From: Octopus sinensis
Lineage: Eukaryota
NCBI RefSeq assembly: GCF_006345805.1
Contig: NC_042998.1
Coordinates: 92,070,001 to 92,134,000 of the forward strand
Reading direction: 5' to 3'
Length of the DNA: 64,000 nt
In this document: positions 26,118-40,234 of the stretch, piece by piece
Numbering within the stretch: position 1 is the first letter of the stretch
How the letters are laid out: the number at the start of each line of letters is the position of its first letter
Notes under the pieces: generated by a model
Databases searched by the model: none
Seen by the model: only the letters and a program-made list of their open reading frames with translations
What the model was told of the DNA's origin: nothing
Program-made: the position numbers and the translations under genes

Positions 26118-27408
26118 CGAGGGGCGTTCAATAAGTAATGCCCCTGACCCACTTCCCATAGCAGTAGAGCAACGAAACTTGGCACAGTTATTAGTCTTTT
26201 TCTACATAGGAACCATCCAGAGTTACGCATTTCTCCCATCGTTTGATGCGGCTCTGGAGACCGTTTTTGTAGAAGAACCCAGCTTGGTCCTCCAACCTCA
26301 ACGTGACTTCAGAAATCAAGGCTGCATCATCTGGGAAACGCTTTCCTTTCAAAAACAACTTCATGATTGGGAAGAGGTGAAAATCAGAGGGTGCAAGGTC
26401 AGGAAAGTAGGGGGGATGGGGAGGAGTTCATAGCCATACGCCTGTGCTTCTGATCTGGCGACAAGCGAGTTGTGGACCGGAGCGTTGTCCTGCAGGAGGA
26501 GGATGCCTTTGCTGATCTTGCCCCGCCTCTTGATTTTGATAACTTCTCTTAATTTCCTCAAAAGTGAAGCATAATAGGCTCCTGCAATTGTGGTACCCTT
26601 TGCCAGGAAATCTGGCATCACTACTCCGTCCTGGTCCCAGAAGACTGTGAGCATGACCTTGCCAGCGGAGGGCTGCACCCTTGCCTTCTTTGGAGGAGGT
26701 GAGTCACGGTGCTTCCACTGCATTGACTGGGCTTTGGTCTCTGGATCATCGTGATGGACCCAGGTTTCATCCTGTGTAATCAGTCTTTTGAAAAATTTTG
26801 ACTCATCTTCTTGGCACATCTCCAAATTCACCCTCGAGCACTCGATGCATTCTTGCTTCTGGAAAGGCATGAGCAACCTGGGAATCCATCTGGCAGACAC
26901 CTTTTGCATATGCAAATAGTCATGAATGATAGTTTCCACAGACCCGGTACTAATCTTGACCTCATGGGCTATTTGGCGAATAATTATGTGTCGATCTTCC
27001 AAAATGGCAGCCTCAACTTGACGGACAGATGCCTCATCAATGGCAGAAGGGGGCGACCAGATCTGGGAGCTGTTTCCACAGAGTTCCGACCATGTTTGAA
27101 TTCACGATGCCAGCGTTTTACAAGGTCATATGATGGGGCATCATCACCATAAGTTACTTTCATTTCATCAAAAGTCTCCCGTGATGTGCGTCCTTTCAAA
27201 TACAAAAACCGGATCACTGCTCGACACTCAACAGGCTCCATTTCACACTTGACTCGGTTCAAACACGTGTAAATCAGAAACCACAATTAATTCAGAGCTG
27301 TAATTTGCCACTTACTCTATAGAGATACAAATGATTGCACATGCAAAATTTTAGCTAGATCAAACAACTGCAAGTGGGTCAGAGGCATTACTTATTGAAC
27401 GTCCCTCG
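26118..27408 (-). mobile_element. Full-length, relatively young mariner (irritans/Himar-like); transposase has two frameshifts
   Basis: ~37-bp TIRs CGAGGGRCGTTCAATAAGTAATGCCYCTGACCCACTT with TA duplications (26116-17, 27409-10). ORFs 26984-27286 and 26361-27002 give MEPVECRAVIRF, SARWIPRLL, ITQDETW, LQDNAP; PDLAPSDF follows in a shifted frame (D,D34D type). Confidence 0.96.
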
Positions 27409-27411
27409 TAC

Positions 27412-27632
27412 TTAACTCTTTTGTTACCACATTTTTTTTTAACTACTCAGCATTTGTTTCAGTTAATTTTGAAAAATTTATTAAAATAACTCTGTTGTTA
27501 TTAAACTGATATTTGGAACATAAATTAACATGAAATTTTGATGGAAGGTTTTAATTTAAATCTCTTTAGTATGGGAAGTTTGTATCATAGAACCAAGGGA
27601 GGTTTTGGGTGGGTTGGTATCGAAAGGGTTAA
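27412..27632. mobile_element. piggyBac-type MITE
   Basis: TTAA at 27412-15 and 27629-32; same family as 22585-22812. Confidence 0.75.
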
Positions 27633-28463
27633 AGTGCATTTAACTTCAAGAGATTCAGCACTGCCCTATACACTGAAAAGAAAGCAGTTCTCTATTATCC
27701 TTTCCTTTGTTGTGACAATAAACAAGCTATAAGATCAGTCAATTGCTATAGTTCAAATATATTTACCAAAGTCTGTATTTTGTCATATCCAACTATATAT
27801 GGCACAAAGTAGACCTAAGAATAGTAAAGTCAGAAAGTTACTAATTAATAACAAAATTATTCATTGAGAACTTTTAGATTTAATCCACAAATAATTCATG
27901 TCTCAAAATATAGTAAAAGGATTGATTTGTCCTATTCTGCATCTTATATCTTGAGAAGAATGTTGTAAATATTTGATGTAAACTTTTATCTGTTCAGTAT
28001 TATAATATACTGTGAGTGTTATTGTAAACTACAATCTATATCATATTGTGAAATTATATAAATATTATTGTAAACTGCATTCTATGAAATAGCATAAAGT
28101 GTACATATTGCTGTAAACTAAATTGTCTACCACATTATGAAATAATGTGAATGAATTGCTAGACTGCAGCTGTTTGAAATGTAATATGAAATATAATGTG
28201 AGATGAAAAAATTGCTATTTACATATTTATTTCATAAGCATAAAAGGCAAGAATTTTTTTATGATGGCGAGAGAACTGTTGACTATATCAACCCCAAGAA
28301 CTTTTTATGGTACATTGTTTATTGGCCACAGAAGGATAAAAGACGAAGTGGATCCTGGCAGGATTTGAACTCAGAATGTAAAAGATTATAACTAAAAATA
28401 TTTCATGTGTGTAATTATTCTACCAAACTGAGACTCTCAAACTGTATAGTACTATGAAATATA

Positions 28464-29341
28464 TGAGTTGCATTCCAGAAGTTTTCAGACTTTTTCAGGA
28501 GATACAGTTATTAATTTCAAAGAAGTACAAAACACTAATCTCCTTCAAAGTAGGATATCCTGACTTCATTGCACTTGTTGTAATGTTCCATCCACTTCAC
28601 GAAGAGCCCATAGAAGTCCTCCAAATTGAAGGTGTCCAGGACCCTTGTCATAACCTTCTTCATCTTCAAACTGATTGCTTTTGAGGTTCTCCTTCAGCTT
28701 GGGGAACAACCAAATGTTAGAGAAAGCAAAGTCTGGACTGTAGGAAGGGCAAGGCACAGTTTTAATGTCCATCTCTGCCAAGTAGTTGGTTACCAAAATT
28801 CTCACCCTGAGAACAAACTTCACATAAATTTTGCACACGTTCAGATCTTCATGAATAGTTCTGGGTACAGTTACTAAACCAACTCCAAACTGTATGCTTA
28901 TTGTCTTTATAGACACACAGTAGTCTTCATCAAGAAAATTGTGAATTTTCTCAACCAGCTCTGAGTTTCTGAGATCTCTCTCCCTTCCACACCTTTCATT
29001 GTCTCTTGTCTTTTATCTACTTGCCTTGAACCTCTTGTGCTAGTCAAAAAGCCAATCCATAAGCAGTCTGGAGTATTTCATAAGATTTTGTAGAGTTTTT
29101 AACCCAGCTTAAACAGGACTTTAATCCAGACTGCATTCTGCAAACAACTCAGCTGTAACAAGCAGTGTTTAATAAGATGTGCTCAAAGTACCGTTACAGC
29201 TGTCTCCTTCAGCCTGGAATGACGAAAGTTGGCAGGTCAGTTTACTATATGTATAGTTATGATAATACTAAAATTATAATAATCTAGGACAATAATAACT
29301 GCCTCACCTCAAAAGTCTCAAACCTTCTGGAGTGCACCTAG
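28464..29341 (-). mobile_element. Internally deleted mariner relic
   Basis: TIR pair TGAGTTGCATTCCAGAAGTTTTCAGACTTTT and (rc) CTAGGTGCACTCCAGAAGGTTTGAGACTTTT; ORF 28566-28916 joins KFVLRV directly to the PSYSPDFAFSNIWLFPKLK region. Confidence 0.85.
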
Positions 29342-29364
29342 TAAATACGATGTTGTAATGAAGA

Positions 29365-29625
29365 ATCCAGGTAAAAAAGTCCATGGAATAAAAGTCACAG
29401 AAAAAAGTCACAGGAAAAAAAGTCGCAGGGGTTTTGTTTGGCAGGGTTTAGTCTGAGGGGATTTTGTCCTAGAGGAGTTTTGTCTGGATCCCATAAATTA
29501 ATTGTGACTTTTTTTTCCTGTGACTTTGTTACCGGCCACCATAAATTAATTGTAACTTTTTTTCCTAGCCAAAATTGTAACTTTATTACTGGGACTATTT
29601 TTCATGTGATTTTATTACTGGTCAA
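29365..29625. repeat. Fold-back repeat built from AAAAGTCACAG subunits, with central GGGGTTTTGTCC-like repeats (MULE-type MITE remnant?)
   Basis: AAAAGTCACAG-like units at 29370-29428 and their complements at 29504-29610; superfamily assignment is inference. Confidence 0.55.
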
Positions 29626-30376
29626 CATAATGAAGCCTTTGCTTTATTATGAAACATGAAATGCTATCAATGAATTTAACTTAAATCATATTATATAATG
29701 TTGTAAATATTGTTGTAGATTGCGACATTAGTATGACAGATTATAAATTTAGATTGCAACTTAGTCATATTGTCAATATAGATTTTATTTATAGCGTGCA
29801 CATTGTTTTATAATCTTATAAATAGATTAGTGATAATTAGTGAAGGATTGATAATTAAATTCATTACTTTATATTATAATGTATCATACAATTTTCATCG
29901 TTATATGAAACTGGGATCAGACATATCAATGAAAAGAATATATATAAAAATCTCACACTTCAAAACAATTTAAGGATAACAAGTACTTAACAAAATATCA
30001 ATTCCACATGCTGTTATTTTTGATGGATGGCATAGGTACACTGGAACAAAATATAATTGCTCTAACAGAAATGAATTGATACTGCTCATAGTGCTTCATA
30101 GTTTCACAATTACATTTTCTGTTTACACTGATGATAGCAGCAACAGTAGTGTTAATGATCAGGATGCATGAACAATGAGTACACTAAAATGAAAACAAGA
30201 ACAGAGAAAGGATATCATTTCAAAAACACAGGGTAGCAAAAGAAGTATTTTACTTGTTAAAAGCTATGTGTGTGCATATTTATGTGTATGAGCTTGTGCA
30301 TATATGCATATATCTGTACATACATATCAATACACACACACACATATATATCTACATCTGTATGTGTGTGTGTGTA

Positions 30377-30437
<61 letters not shown>

Positions 30438-30499
30438 GTATATATGTATATACGCATGTGTGTGTATATATGTATATATATATATATGTATATATATAT

Positions 30500-30727
30500 A
30501 ATATAATTCGAGACAAAACCACTATTTTAAAAACCAAACAAGGAAAGACTTAATCAATACATAAAATTTTAATATGTACAGGACATCAAAAACAAAAACG
30601 TTGAACACAATGAGAAATGAAAACATAGAAACAAAAATACGGAAACAAACTTTTCAACCGACGAAAAAACACCTTCGATATGCGGAGTAGATGAAAAGGG
30701 ACAACGGAAGAAGGGGAATATTCCTTG

Positions 30728-30765
<38 letters not shown>

Positions 30766-30885
30766 TACAGATGTAGATATATATGTGTGTGTGTGTATTG
30801 ATATGTATTAAAATTTTATGTTTTGATTAAGTCTTTCCTTGTTTGGTTTTTAAAATAGTGGTTTTGTCTCGAATTATATTATATA
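30500..30885. repeat. Inverted-repeat island next to (TA)n
   Basis: 30500-30573 is inverted at ~30807-30885; the internal 30575-30727 is the reverse complement of ~31734-31888. Confidence 0.85.
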
Positions 30886-30965
30886 ATATTTTACTATAAA
30901 ATTGGATTTAACCCTAAATCTGATTTTTCCCTGTAATTTTGGATTCATTCCCTAATATTTATTAT

Positions 30966-31441
<476 letters not shown>

Positions 31442-31532
31442 CATGCACACACACACACACACACATATAACTATATATATATATATGCATATAGATAAAA
31501 CTTACTTGGAAAAGGATGCATGGCGTTCGATC

Positions 31533-31978
31533 ATATAATAATATAAATAATATATAAATATATGCATATATACATACATATATGTACATACCTACATCTA
31601 TATGTATATATACATGCATATATGGGTACAGGACATCAAAAAAACGTTGAACACAATGAGAAACGAAAACAAAAACAAAAACATGGACACAAACTTCTTT
31701 TTCAAACAACGAAAAACAGACAAGACATACAACACAAGGAATATTCCCCTTCTTCCGTTGTCCCTTTTCATCTACTCCGCATATCGAAGGTGTTTTTTCG
31801 TCGGTTGAAAAAAGTTCGTTTCCATATTTTTGTTTCTATGTTTTCGTTTCTCATTGTGTTCAACGTTTTTGTTTTTGATGTCCTGTACCCATATATGCAT
31901 GTATATATACATATAGATGTAGGTATGTACATATATGTATGTATATATACATATATTTATATATTATTTATATTATTA

Positions 31979-31982
<4 letters not shown>
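31533..31982. repeat. Fold-back element with ~165-bp inverted arms and a ~115-bp spacer
   Basis: Arms ~31533-31700 and ~31815-31982; ORFs 31419-31709(-) and 31562-32038(+) share FDVLYPYMHVYIHIDVGMY. Related to the element starting near 55975. Confidence 0.88.
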
Positions 31983-32020
<38 letters not shown>

Positions 32021-32620
32021 TATATATATATATTATGATAAATTTTGTTGTGTGTGTATATATATATATATTTATTTATTTTCAGTCTTGCTAAAGTGTC
32101 TTAGTGGGCAGAGGGAAGGCAGAAGAAAGAGAACCGTGGTGGAAGAATAAAAAAAATTCACTCATATATACACACACACATCTACGTGCACTTGTGTAGA
32201 CATACACACAAACATATCAAATGCTTAAACATCAAAAGTGAATGGAAATATAGCATGCCAGCAAAGCACAGTTTTAAATTTATTTGTATGTTTTTTGTGT
32301 TGTATCAAAAGGAATTGTGTGTGTGCTTGTGCATGTACACGTGTGTGTATAAGCATGTGTGTGCATGTATGAGCATGTGTATGTGTGAATTTGTGTATAT
32401 TTGTATTTTCTCATCTTTGCATCTCATGACAGTTGTAAATGATTGCCATTGTCACATAAGCTGTGACATTTAATTTCAATAACCTGCAAAAATATGCCTA
32501 GCCATAAGGAAATATTACCCTTCTTGGAAATAAGAGAGGGTTGGTGAAAGAAAAACATCCAGCTATAAAATAAATGTTGTCTGATACAAAATTCCATGAG
32601 TCAGAAAAAACAGGCCCTGA

Positions 32621-33685
32621 CTAGCAGCATAGCCCGGCTTTGCTCGGGATTAAGCTAGGATTATTAAGCTAATCAAGCTCTTTATTTCAAAGCAAACTAA
32701 GTAATATCAACATCAAATTTGAGTGAAATCCGTTGAGATTGGTAAACTTTTGACTTAAATTTTGCAGACAATTTGATTGGGAAATCCTATAAGGAATCGG
32801 TTTATCGATTTTTTCCACTCATCGATTTTTTTTTTTTTCGTTTTTAGAGAAGTTAAAGCATTCAAAGATCCCATGAGTCCTAAGTAATGCTGGCATCAAG
32901 TTTGAACAAAATACATCAAAGTTGGTAGACGTTATGGTTGAAAATGGGGTGTAACCAAATTTAGTGGGAAGTCTTATAAGGAATCAGTTTATCGATTTTT
33001 TTTTATCCCGATTAAATGGAAAACTCCATAAGGAAATAGCTTATAGATTTTTTACCCCAAATAGGACTTAACCGAACATTGCTGATTCAAAAACATCTAT
33101 ATTTATACTTTAAAGTTGGTTTCCATACCCAACCCAGTTCTGCAGAATCAGAGTCGTGACAGGAGTGTATGGGTTGGGAGCTTGATTGGCAGAGGTGATC
33201 AGGTTGCATATGCCAACCCTTTTGAAAACACCATCCCCATCATGTAACCCCACTTTGCCCATGGGTTGAGAACTCTTCCAGCAAGGAAAATAGAATGCTC
33301 AAAAGGGCCCCCTATTCTCTGTGTGAGAAGTGGTTATGTTCAGATCACAACTAAGTATATATATATGGGCAACACACACACACAAACATATACGTATATA
33401 CACCTATTGCATACATGTTTTTGCACGCCTTTGCCCCTGCCACATAAGTTTTCTAACAGGAAGAAACATTGTTTACAAAATAATAGCTGATCGTTTGTGA
33501 AGGAGCATGTCTACAGTCAACAAGTAGGTCTTTTGCTCTGGTAACCTCTGCTCTCTCTTCCAAGTTCATGCAATTTAACTATATATTGCCATGAGTAGAG
33601 CAACGGATTCAGCTAATTTGGAAATTAGTTGTGGAGAAATGGAGAATTTTGTTTATATTGTATGTGTATATATATATATATATTA

Positions 33686-33737
<52 letters not shown>

Positions 33738-34205
33738 GGGCAACACACACACACACATTGCATGCATGTGTTTTGTACAAATACATGCTTGTGTGTTTGT
33801 GTATGTGTGACTGAAGCCATCCACACATACATACATACATACATAACAACCCCTGTCTGTCAATCACTCACTAAAAAGAAATTTTAAAAATCTGTTATCT
33901 CTCTCTCTCTCTCTCCCTCTCCTTCCCTCTCTTTACTCTGTTGCTAGAAGGGGACTTAACTCATGTTTGGTTAGTAAACAATGGTGAATTTCTCCGCCGT
34001 GAAAATTGTTGGAAGTTATGGCTCAAAATTATTTACCGCTATTCGCGGGTGCCTTGGGGGAAAATAATTTGATGAAAATACAGCTAGGGACGTGACGAAT
34101 GTCCTCCTAAAATTTGAGCGACATGCGTGCTAATTGGTGGATGTGCATAAACTACATTCCCGTACACACACACACACACACATCCTGCCTTACAGATAAC
34201 AGAGT
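32621..34205 (-). mobile_element. Non-autonomous Helitron
   Basis: Minus-strand 3' end CCCG-AGCAAAGC-CGGG hairpin, then CTATGCTG-CTAG|T (32621-32648); internal TAAGGAATCRGTTTATCGATTTT subrepeats; microsatellite near the presumed 5' end, which is approximate. Confidence 0.7.
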
Positions 34206-34639
34206 ATATATATTGTTTCTATTTATATAATGGTTTCAAATTTTGTTACAACGGCAACACCTTTGGGGGAGGGGATAAGTCAATTATATCGAGCCCAGTG
34301 TTGAAGTGGTACTTATTTCATCGACTCCTAAAGAATGAAAGGTAAAGTCGATCTCGGTGGAATTTGAATTCCGACATAGCAATGGGCAAAATACTGCTAA
34401 GCGTTTCATCCAACGTGCTGACGATTCTGCCAGCTCGCCGCCATTTTTCTATTTATATAATATCATAGTCTCGTGATGACCAAATTACCAATTCATTTCA
34501 GGCCAGAAATTAAATCCAACAACCCTCAGAATTAGCTGAATACAAAGAACCCAGGCCATACTGTTCCATTCAGCCATTTCTGATGATTGCTGGCTTTGTC
34601 TCTCCATTTCTGACATGCAACCATTATAGTAGCATTAAT

Positions 34640-34855
34640 CATCGTCATCATCATCATCATCGTTTAACGTCCGCTTTCCATGCTAGCATGGGTTGGACGG
34701 TTCAACTGGGGTCTGGGAAGCCCGAAGGCTGCACCAGGCCAGTCAGATCTGGCAGTGTTTCTACAGCTGGATGCCCTTCCTAACGCCAACCACTCCGAGA
34801 GTGTAGTGGGTGATTTTATGTGCCACCGACACAGGTGCCAGACGAGGCTGGCAGA
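34640..34855 (-). mobile_element. Orphan RTE 3' tail ending in (GAT)n
   Basis: Matches 9890-10081. Other tails at ~25800-25950(+), 39525-39670(-), 42455-42960(-), 44335-44475(-), 44690-44875(+) and 62838-63025(-); older variants at ~21840-22050, 23020-23240, 50520-50920, 53690-53900 and 54110-54240. Confidence 0.88.
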
Positions 34856-36949
34856 CAATAATAATAATCTTTTCTACAATAGGCACAAGGCCTGAAATTT
34901 TGGGGGAGAGGGCCAGTCGATTGGATCGACCCCAGTACGTAACTGGTACTTAATTTATTGACCCCAAAAGAATGAAAGGCAAAGTCGACCTCGGCGGAAT
35001 TTGAACTCAGAACGTAGCGGAAGACGAAATACCGCTAAGCATTTCGCCCAGCCTCCTAACGATTCTGCCAGCTCAGTAATAATAATAATGATAATAATGA
35101 TAATAATCCTTTCTACTGAAGGCACAAGGCCTGAAATTTGAGGGGAGGGGACTGGTCGATTGCATCAACTTCCCTGTTTCACAGCTACTCAATTTATCAA
35201 CCCCGAAAGGATGAAAGGCAAAGTCGACCTCAGTGAAATTTGAACTAATAATAATAATAATAATAACTTGTGTGTGTGTGTATGATTGATTGATTGTGTC
35301 TCCTTATCTTTACATTGTATGATAGTGGTAGCATTACTGTCATACAAGTAGTGGTAGTAGTTTTCAGTCTTCGATGAAAACGTGTGTGTGTGTGTGTGTG
35401 TGAATGTGAGTGTAGATTTGTGTGTTTGTGTCTCCTTGTAAAGTAAATCAAACCACAGAAAATCTGAGTCATTTGGTCCATAGAAGTAGATGTTAAAATG
35501 AGACAATGATGATGACGATGATGATGACGATGATGATGGTATCAGAGAGGGAAAGAACTAGAATGAAAGAGTTGTTAGAAAACATCACAGGTTGAAAAAA
35601 AATATATAAATTTTACTTATATAAGCTGTTCTTGACTTGATGTTTGTTAGATTTTGCAACAGTTTCCAAATCTATTTAGAAAATAAAAAAATACGGAACA
35701 CATTTGCTGAGATTACAAACTAATATATTTGATAGCTTCTCTTGAATGTTCAGCAAGTAAGTGTTTTCATACACCATAAACACTTAATGTGATTTTTTCC
35801 CATTAATTTCCTAACCCCTATACCCAAATCATTTCTTTATTACAGTATTACGTAGTACAATTTGAAACACATACATGTACACTAATTCCTTGTTGATTAT
35901 TGATAATTATAGTTTGAAGATAAATGAGCAAACAACTCAGAGGAAAATGTCTTTCATTTAATTTTGTATAACCCTGTGCACACTTCTAATGACTTAAGAT
36001 CCTATGTAAAGTGTTTTAAAAAACAGAAATTGCGAAATGAATTCGATTATTGCAAAGAGAATGAGTTCACAAAATGAGTTGTACAAGTAAGCAAGATTAT
36101 ACAAAATTGAATATGCTGTTTAAGATTTAAAGGCAGAGAAAGAGACAGTTTAGTTGGCAGGAGGAAGGTTTGCTTGATAAAACATGTTAATTTAAACAGA
36201 TATGGTTTGAAGCAAGTTTCTTAGGGAGGAATGGAATTATTGTAAAAGTATAAATGATCAGATAATTATTTTGAAGAGAGGGAATTGTGATCAATTTGAG
36301 CAAAATGTAATAAAGTCCTTGTGACAATTTGTTAGAACTTGCACCAAAACTTTTCTTAGAACATAATTTATTTTTACATACTATATATAAAGGCCATTGA
36401 TCAATACTGATTTATGAAAACCATATTAGATTAACTAAAAATAGAAAGTTTCCTAAACATTGAAAAACATTTTAGCTGATATTCATCATCATTATGAGAG
36501 GTTGTTACCTTCTTTATGGGCCAATTAAGGGAGTTTATTTTATCATTGGCACTAGTGATTTCTCTGAACAAGTCATTTTACAATAGAATTCCTGCAGCAA
36601 CATTAAGTCACAAACATGCTCTAGCCTCTGGTTTATATGTGCACTATCTTCTTTCTCTGCTTTTTCTACCACTACTATAATGATACTCCACTCACGCATT
36701 CCTCTTTGTTTACCTCTCCTCCTTTCATCACTCTTATTGTGCTCAGCCTATTCCCAGGGCTAATACTAATCACCCTACCCAGTCTTTCTTTCCAAGAATA
36801 CCAACCATTTACAGAGAATAAGTTGCTAAATTCTGATCAAAACCTCTTTTTTTTAAAAAATCTGAGTTTGGCTCTAGCTGAAGCCCTCTCACTTTTATTT
36901 AGATGACATGATTCTTCAGTCTTCCCTATTTTTTCCTGATCATGCATCA

Positions 36950-37660
36950 TCTACAAATCCTACCCACTGCATGCCAAACCTGCAATGGTTAAATAAACAG
37001 AGATCTTGAGAGCATTCATCAGTGGGGCCAGGAAAGGAACACAAATACTGCTCATATCAAGAAAACACACTCACACTCCCTCTAAGCACATGCAAGCACT
37101 TTCCTAACCTTCACTCCAAAGGATGAGCCTCATTATCACCAAGGTGAAAGCACGTCATTAGCGTAACCAAGACAACATCCAAAGATTAGCTCTTCTCTTC
37201 AGGGTCAGAAGGTATTTCAGCTCCCAACAACTGCAGATATTCTACAAGGCTCAAGTAAGGCACTGTTCATGCAACTGGGATGTTACTGCTGCTATATATA
37301 CAAACATTTGGATCACATTCAGAGAAATGATACTCAACTGATTGGTACTCCATCTTAAAGGACACATTCTAGTCTTTTGCCCATAGGTGTGCTGTCTCTT
37401 CTCTTTGTCTTTTATGTCACTACTTTACTGGCCTCTATTCCTCAGAGCTGGCTGGTTTCATAGCTCGACCACTCTGGTATTCCCAACCAATTTGTGTTTC
37501 CACTTGTCAACACCTTTGTTGTATCCTCCTGTTGGGGCCTGCACTAACCATTGTGCCTAGTCCCATCTTCCAGAAGATCAGCTCTTTGGAATTTCCTCCC
37601 TGCTCATGTCTTTCCAGCTGATGCTGATCTGGAACAATTTAAATGTAACATTAATAGAAC
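36950..37660 (+). mobile_element. CR1/L2-type LINE RT C-terminal relic
   Basis: LLFRVRRYFSSQQLQIFYKAQVR, HRCAVSSLCLLCHYFTGLYSSEL, ALWNFLPAHVFP..FKCNINR. Confidence 0.75.
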
Positions 37661-38399
37661 CAAACCTACAAATTCAGCAAATGAAAAGAAGAGATAAAAG
37701 GGTCAGTCACTTTGACAAAGGAAGTCACTCAGAGAAGGCTGTAGGGAGAAGGGAGCCTGAATGTGGTTACTTGCTCTGCTAAAAATAGCAGAGCTATATA
37801 AAATCACATTTTATCATGTTAAATAAAGAAATAGCACATTGATAATGTTATTCTAAAAATCATTATAAAAGTAAACAAATAAAGGATGGTTATGGGTGAA
37901 CTACCTTTCAGGTTTGATCTGAAATTAAACAATAACTGTTAAGTCTGTAATAACTAAACGTGGTGGGACTGAACTGTTTTAAGAACTAATAAACATAAGA
38001 AAAACAAAACCAATGTACCACTAGAAAGTAATTGTATTTGTTATCTCTAAGCAACTAAAGCATGACTGTCACAACCAAACCAGATTAATTCACAAATATT
38101 TACATATTTAATTATTCCCACTAGATAAGATAGATAAGAAAAGTTTATGGCAGTATAATTCATTGTAAGAACTTCCAAGAGCAATAAAATATTCTAATCC
38201 ATTTAAAGATGTAAATGAAATAGCTACGTTCAATTTAGCAAATGAATAGCAAATTTGAATGAATAACTATATAAAGTTTTACTTGGATAGAGAAGTAAGA
38301 CAATTGAATGAAGCCAGTGGAATTGATATTCAGTTTGAAGTAGTGATAATAATATTTTATTTATTTTCTTTAAATAGTTATTTGAAAAGAAAGAACAAC

Positions 38400-38927
38400 A
38401 CCCATGATTTTAGAAGCCCTCCAAAGCTGATAAGACTGAGGTGGTTGGCGTACAGTTTAAGCATCTGTTGATTGATGCCTATCAGAAAAACCACATAAGG
38501 TCTATGATTCTAGAGAGAAGAGAAATAATTAGACAAGTGTTAGTGTCTGTGGTAGAAACACAAATCAGTAGGAAGGATAAAAAGAGGAGAAGCAGATAAG
38601 GGAATCATGGTAGAGGTAGTGTACAGCCTATAAGTTTAGTGGAGCAGTGACCTTGTTTAAAGTAGAAAAAATAAAGAATGTATTTGTTAACTTCAAATTG
38701 TAGCATTTTGGAAAGTTTACCAATCAACCAAATCAACTTTTCTGAGTGGATGAATTCTAGAATGTACAATATGCTATGTAACAATAGCATCATTTTAGAT
38801 TTATTAGTGCAATACTCAAACATGAGTTGCACTTAAAGGTTTGAAAACAAGTGTTAGTAACAAGACAGTTCCAGTGTTGGGAGTGAAAAGGCTTTGTAAA
38901 AATTGCAACAAGTTTTGACAGTTGGAA
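38400..38927 (-). mobile_element. Older CR1/L2-type LINE relic
   Basis: MFEYC..ILEFI..LYFFYFKQGHCSTKL (ORF 38605-38832) aligns loosely with the 36950-37660 relic. Confidence 0.45.
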
Positions 38928-40025
38928 CAGTGCTTCTCAAAGTATTGCTCCCTGGAGAAGGGAATTATATATGAGGGCTGAGGATAAAGGGTGTGATGAG
39001 GAGAAATAGATATATCTGTGTTTTTTTGCTTTTTTTTGCCTTTGTTTCCTATTTAAATATTGACTTCAAAAAATTGTCATGTTATGATAAACTATTTGTT
39101 ATGACAATCACAACAACAAAAACAAAAACAATGACATCATTAACAACCATAATGTAAGTTAGTAAATAAATGAAAATAAAATGTAAATTAGTAAGCAAAC
39201 AAAACTAAATATGTACCAACTATGCTCAAAGATTATAAACCATAACTTAAGGTATAATTTAAAAGATATTGCATAAATTTTAGGGCATTTCCAGACATGC
39301 AAGAAAGTTGGCAACCACTGCACTTAAAGTGTTATGTGACATATGTGTGTATATATATGCCAATGTACATGCTTGAATGATGTTGATTCTAGCTTTGAGT
39401 GACAGCTGTTAATCTCATAACCTATCTATGTGTATCAACAAAGATGTATAAATTTACAATTGAGTAGAGAAATCAATATGTATATGTGAACATATATATT
39501 CAATGTTTATATGAACATTCACATCATCATCATCATCATCATCGTTTAACGCCCGTTTCCCATGCTGGTATGGGTTGGACGGTTTGACTGGGGACTGGCA
39601 AGCCAGGAGATCTCACCAGGCTCCAATCTGATCCGGCAATGTTTCTACAGCTGCATGCCCTTCCTAATGCACATATATTAAAATTCAACAATAAGTTTGA
39701 TACAACACTAAACTTCAACTGGCAAGTATCAGGGTTTTTGTGAAGCACAAAGAATATATAAATGAGTATGGTTGAAGCCATATGTAAACAGTTGGGTTAA
39801 AATCAAAGGTCAAGTGAAAATGTGTCGAGTATTCACTTATGGTAGGGTGTACTGTGGTAGGTATTCTTCCATATTAAACTTGTACCTAGAACTTGATTAC
39901 TCTGACCTGACATTTTATGTATGTATATTACAGATAGTGGGGAGCATTGAATTAAAACAAGGAACCTTTAAAAAGTATTAGTTAAAGAAAAGGTTCAATA
40001 GTTTAAAAAAGCTTGTGAAGCACTG
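38928..40025. mobile_element. Possible non-autonomous hAT (Charlie-like) element
   Basis: Terminal pair CAGTGCTTCTCAA and (rc) CAGTGCTTCACAA; right flank TTCTAGAG is Buster-like, but the two 8-bp flanks do not match. Confidence 0.4.
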
Positions 40026-40234
40026 TTCTAGAGAAAGACTCTGAAGCAGCAAATTGAAAATGTATAAAACTGTAATCTGAGAGGTGAACAATTTATATTT
40101 TGTCATCAGTTCTTGTTATATGCTCAGAGTAAGAATCTTTAACTCTATGTAATATGCTCTGAGTAAAGACCCTTAACTCTATGTGTAAATATTGTTCATT
40201 TCTTTAAGGAACAACAACATATAATTAATAATTG

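Larger units (their letters stand above)
21000..27870 (+). pseudogene. Helitron Rep/helicase relic, broken up by nested SINEs, MITEs, RTE tails and a mariner
   Basis: Collinear decayed motifs: FCRAEYF (~21660); SSF..NAVEMVSKYRKPDCIFT..DHSDLVSQVFK (22400-22580); VNNPNIIPDN, SVKCIFRYIYK, EEIMHYINGHCVSYPKAI (23590-23830); HVKGAKSFEDI (~24115); Walker A FLDGP..G..KTYL (~24970); IAADMLQNVKTAYS (~25145); GFPPHELKVGSNIMLMHNL..DGTRL (25956-26050); LPYTLKRKQF..TINK..VFCHIQLY (27660-27815). These match Helitron HUH-Rep and PIF1 motifs. Confidence 0.88.
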
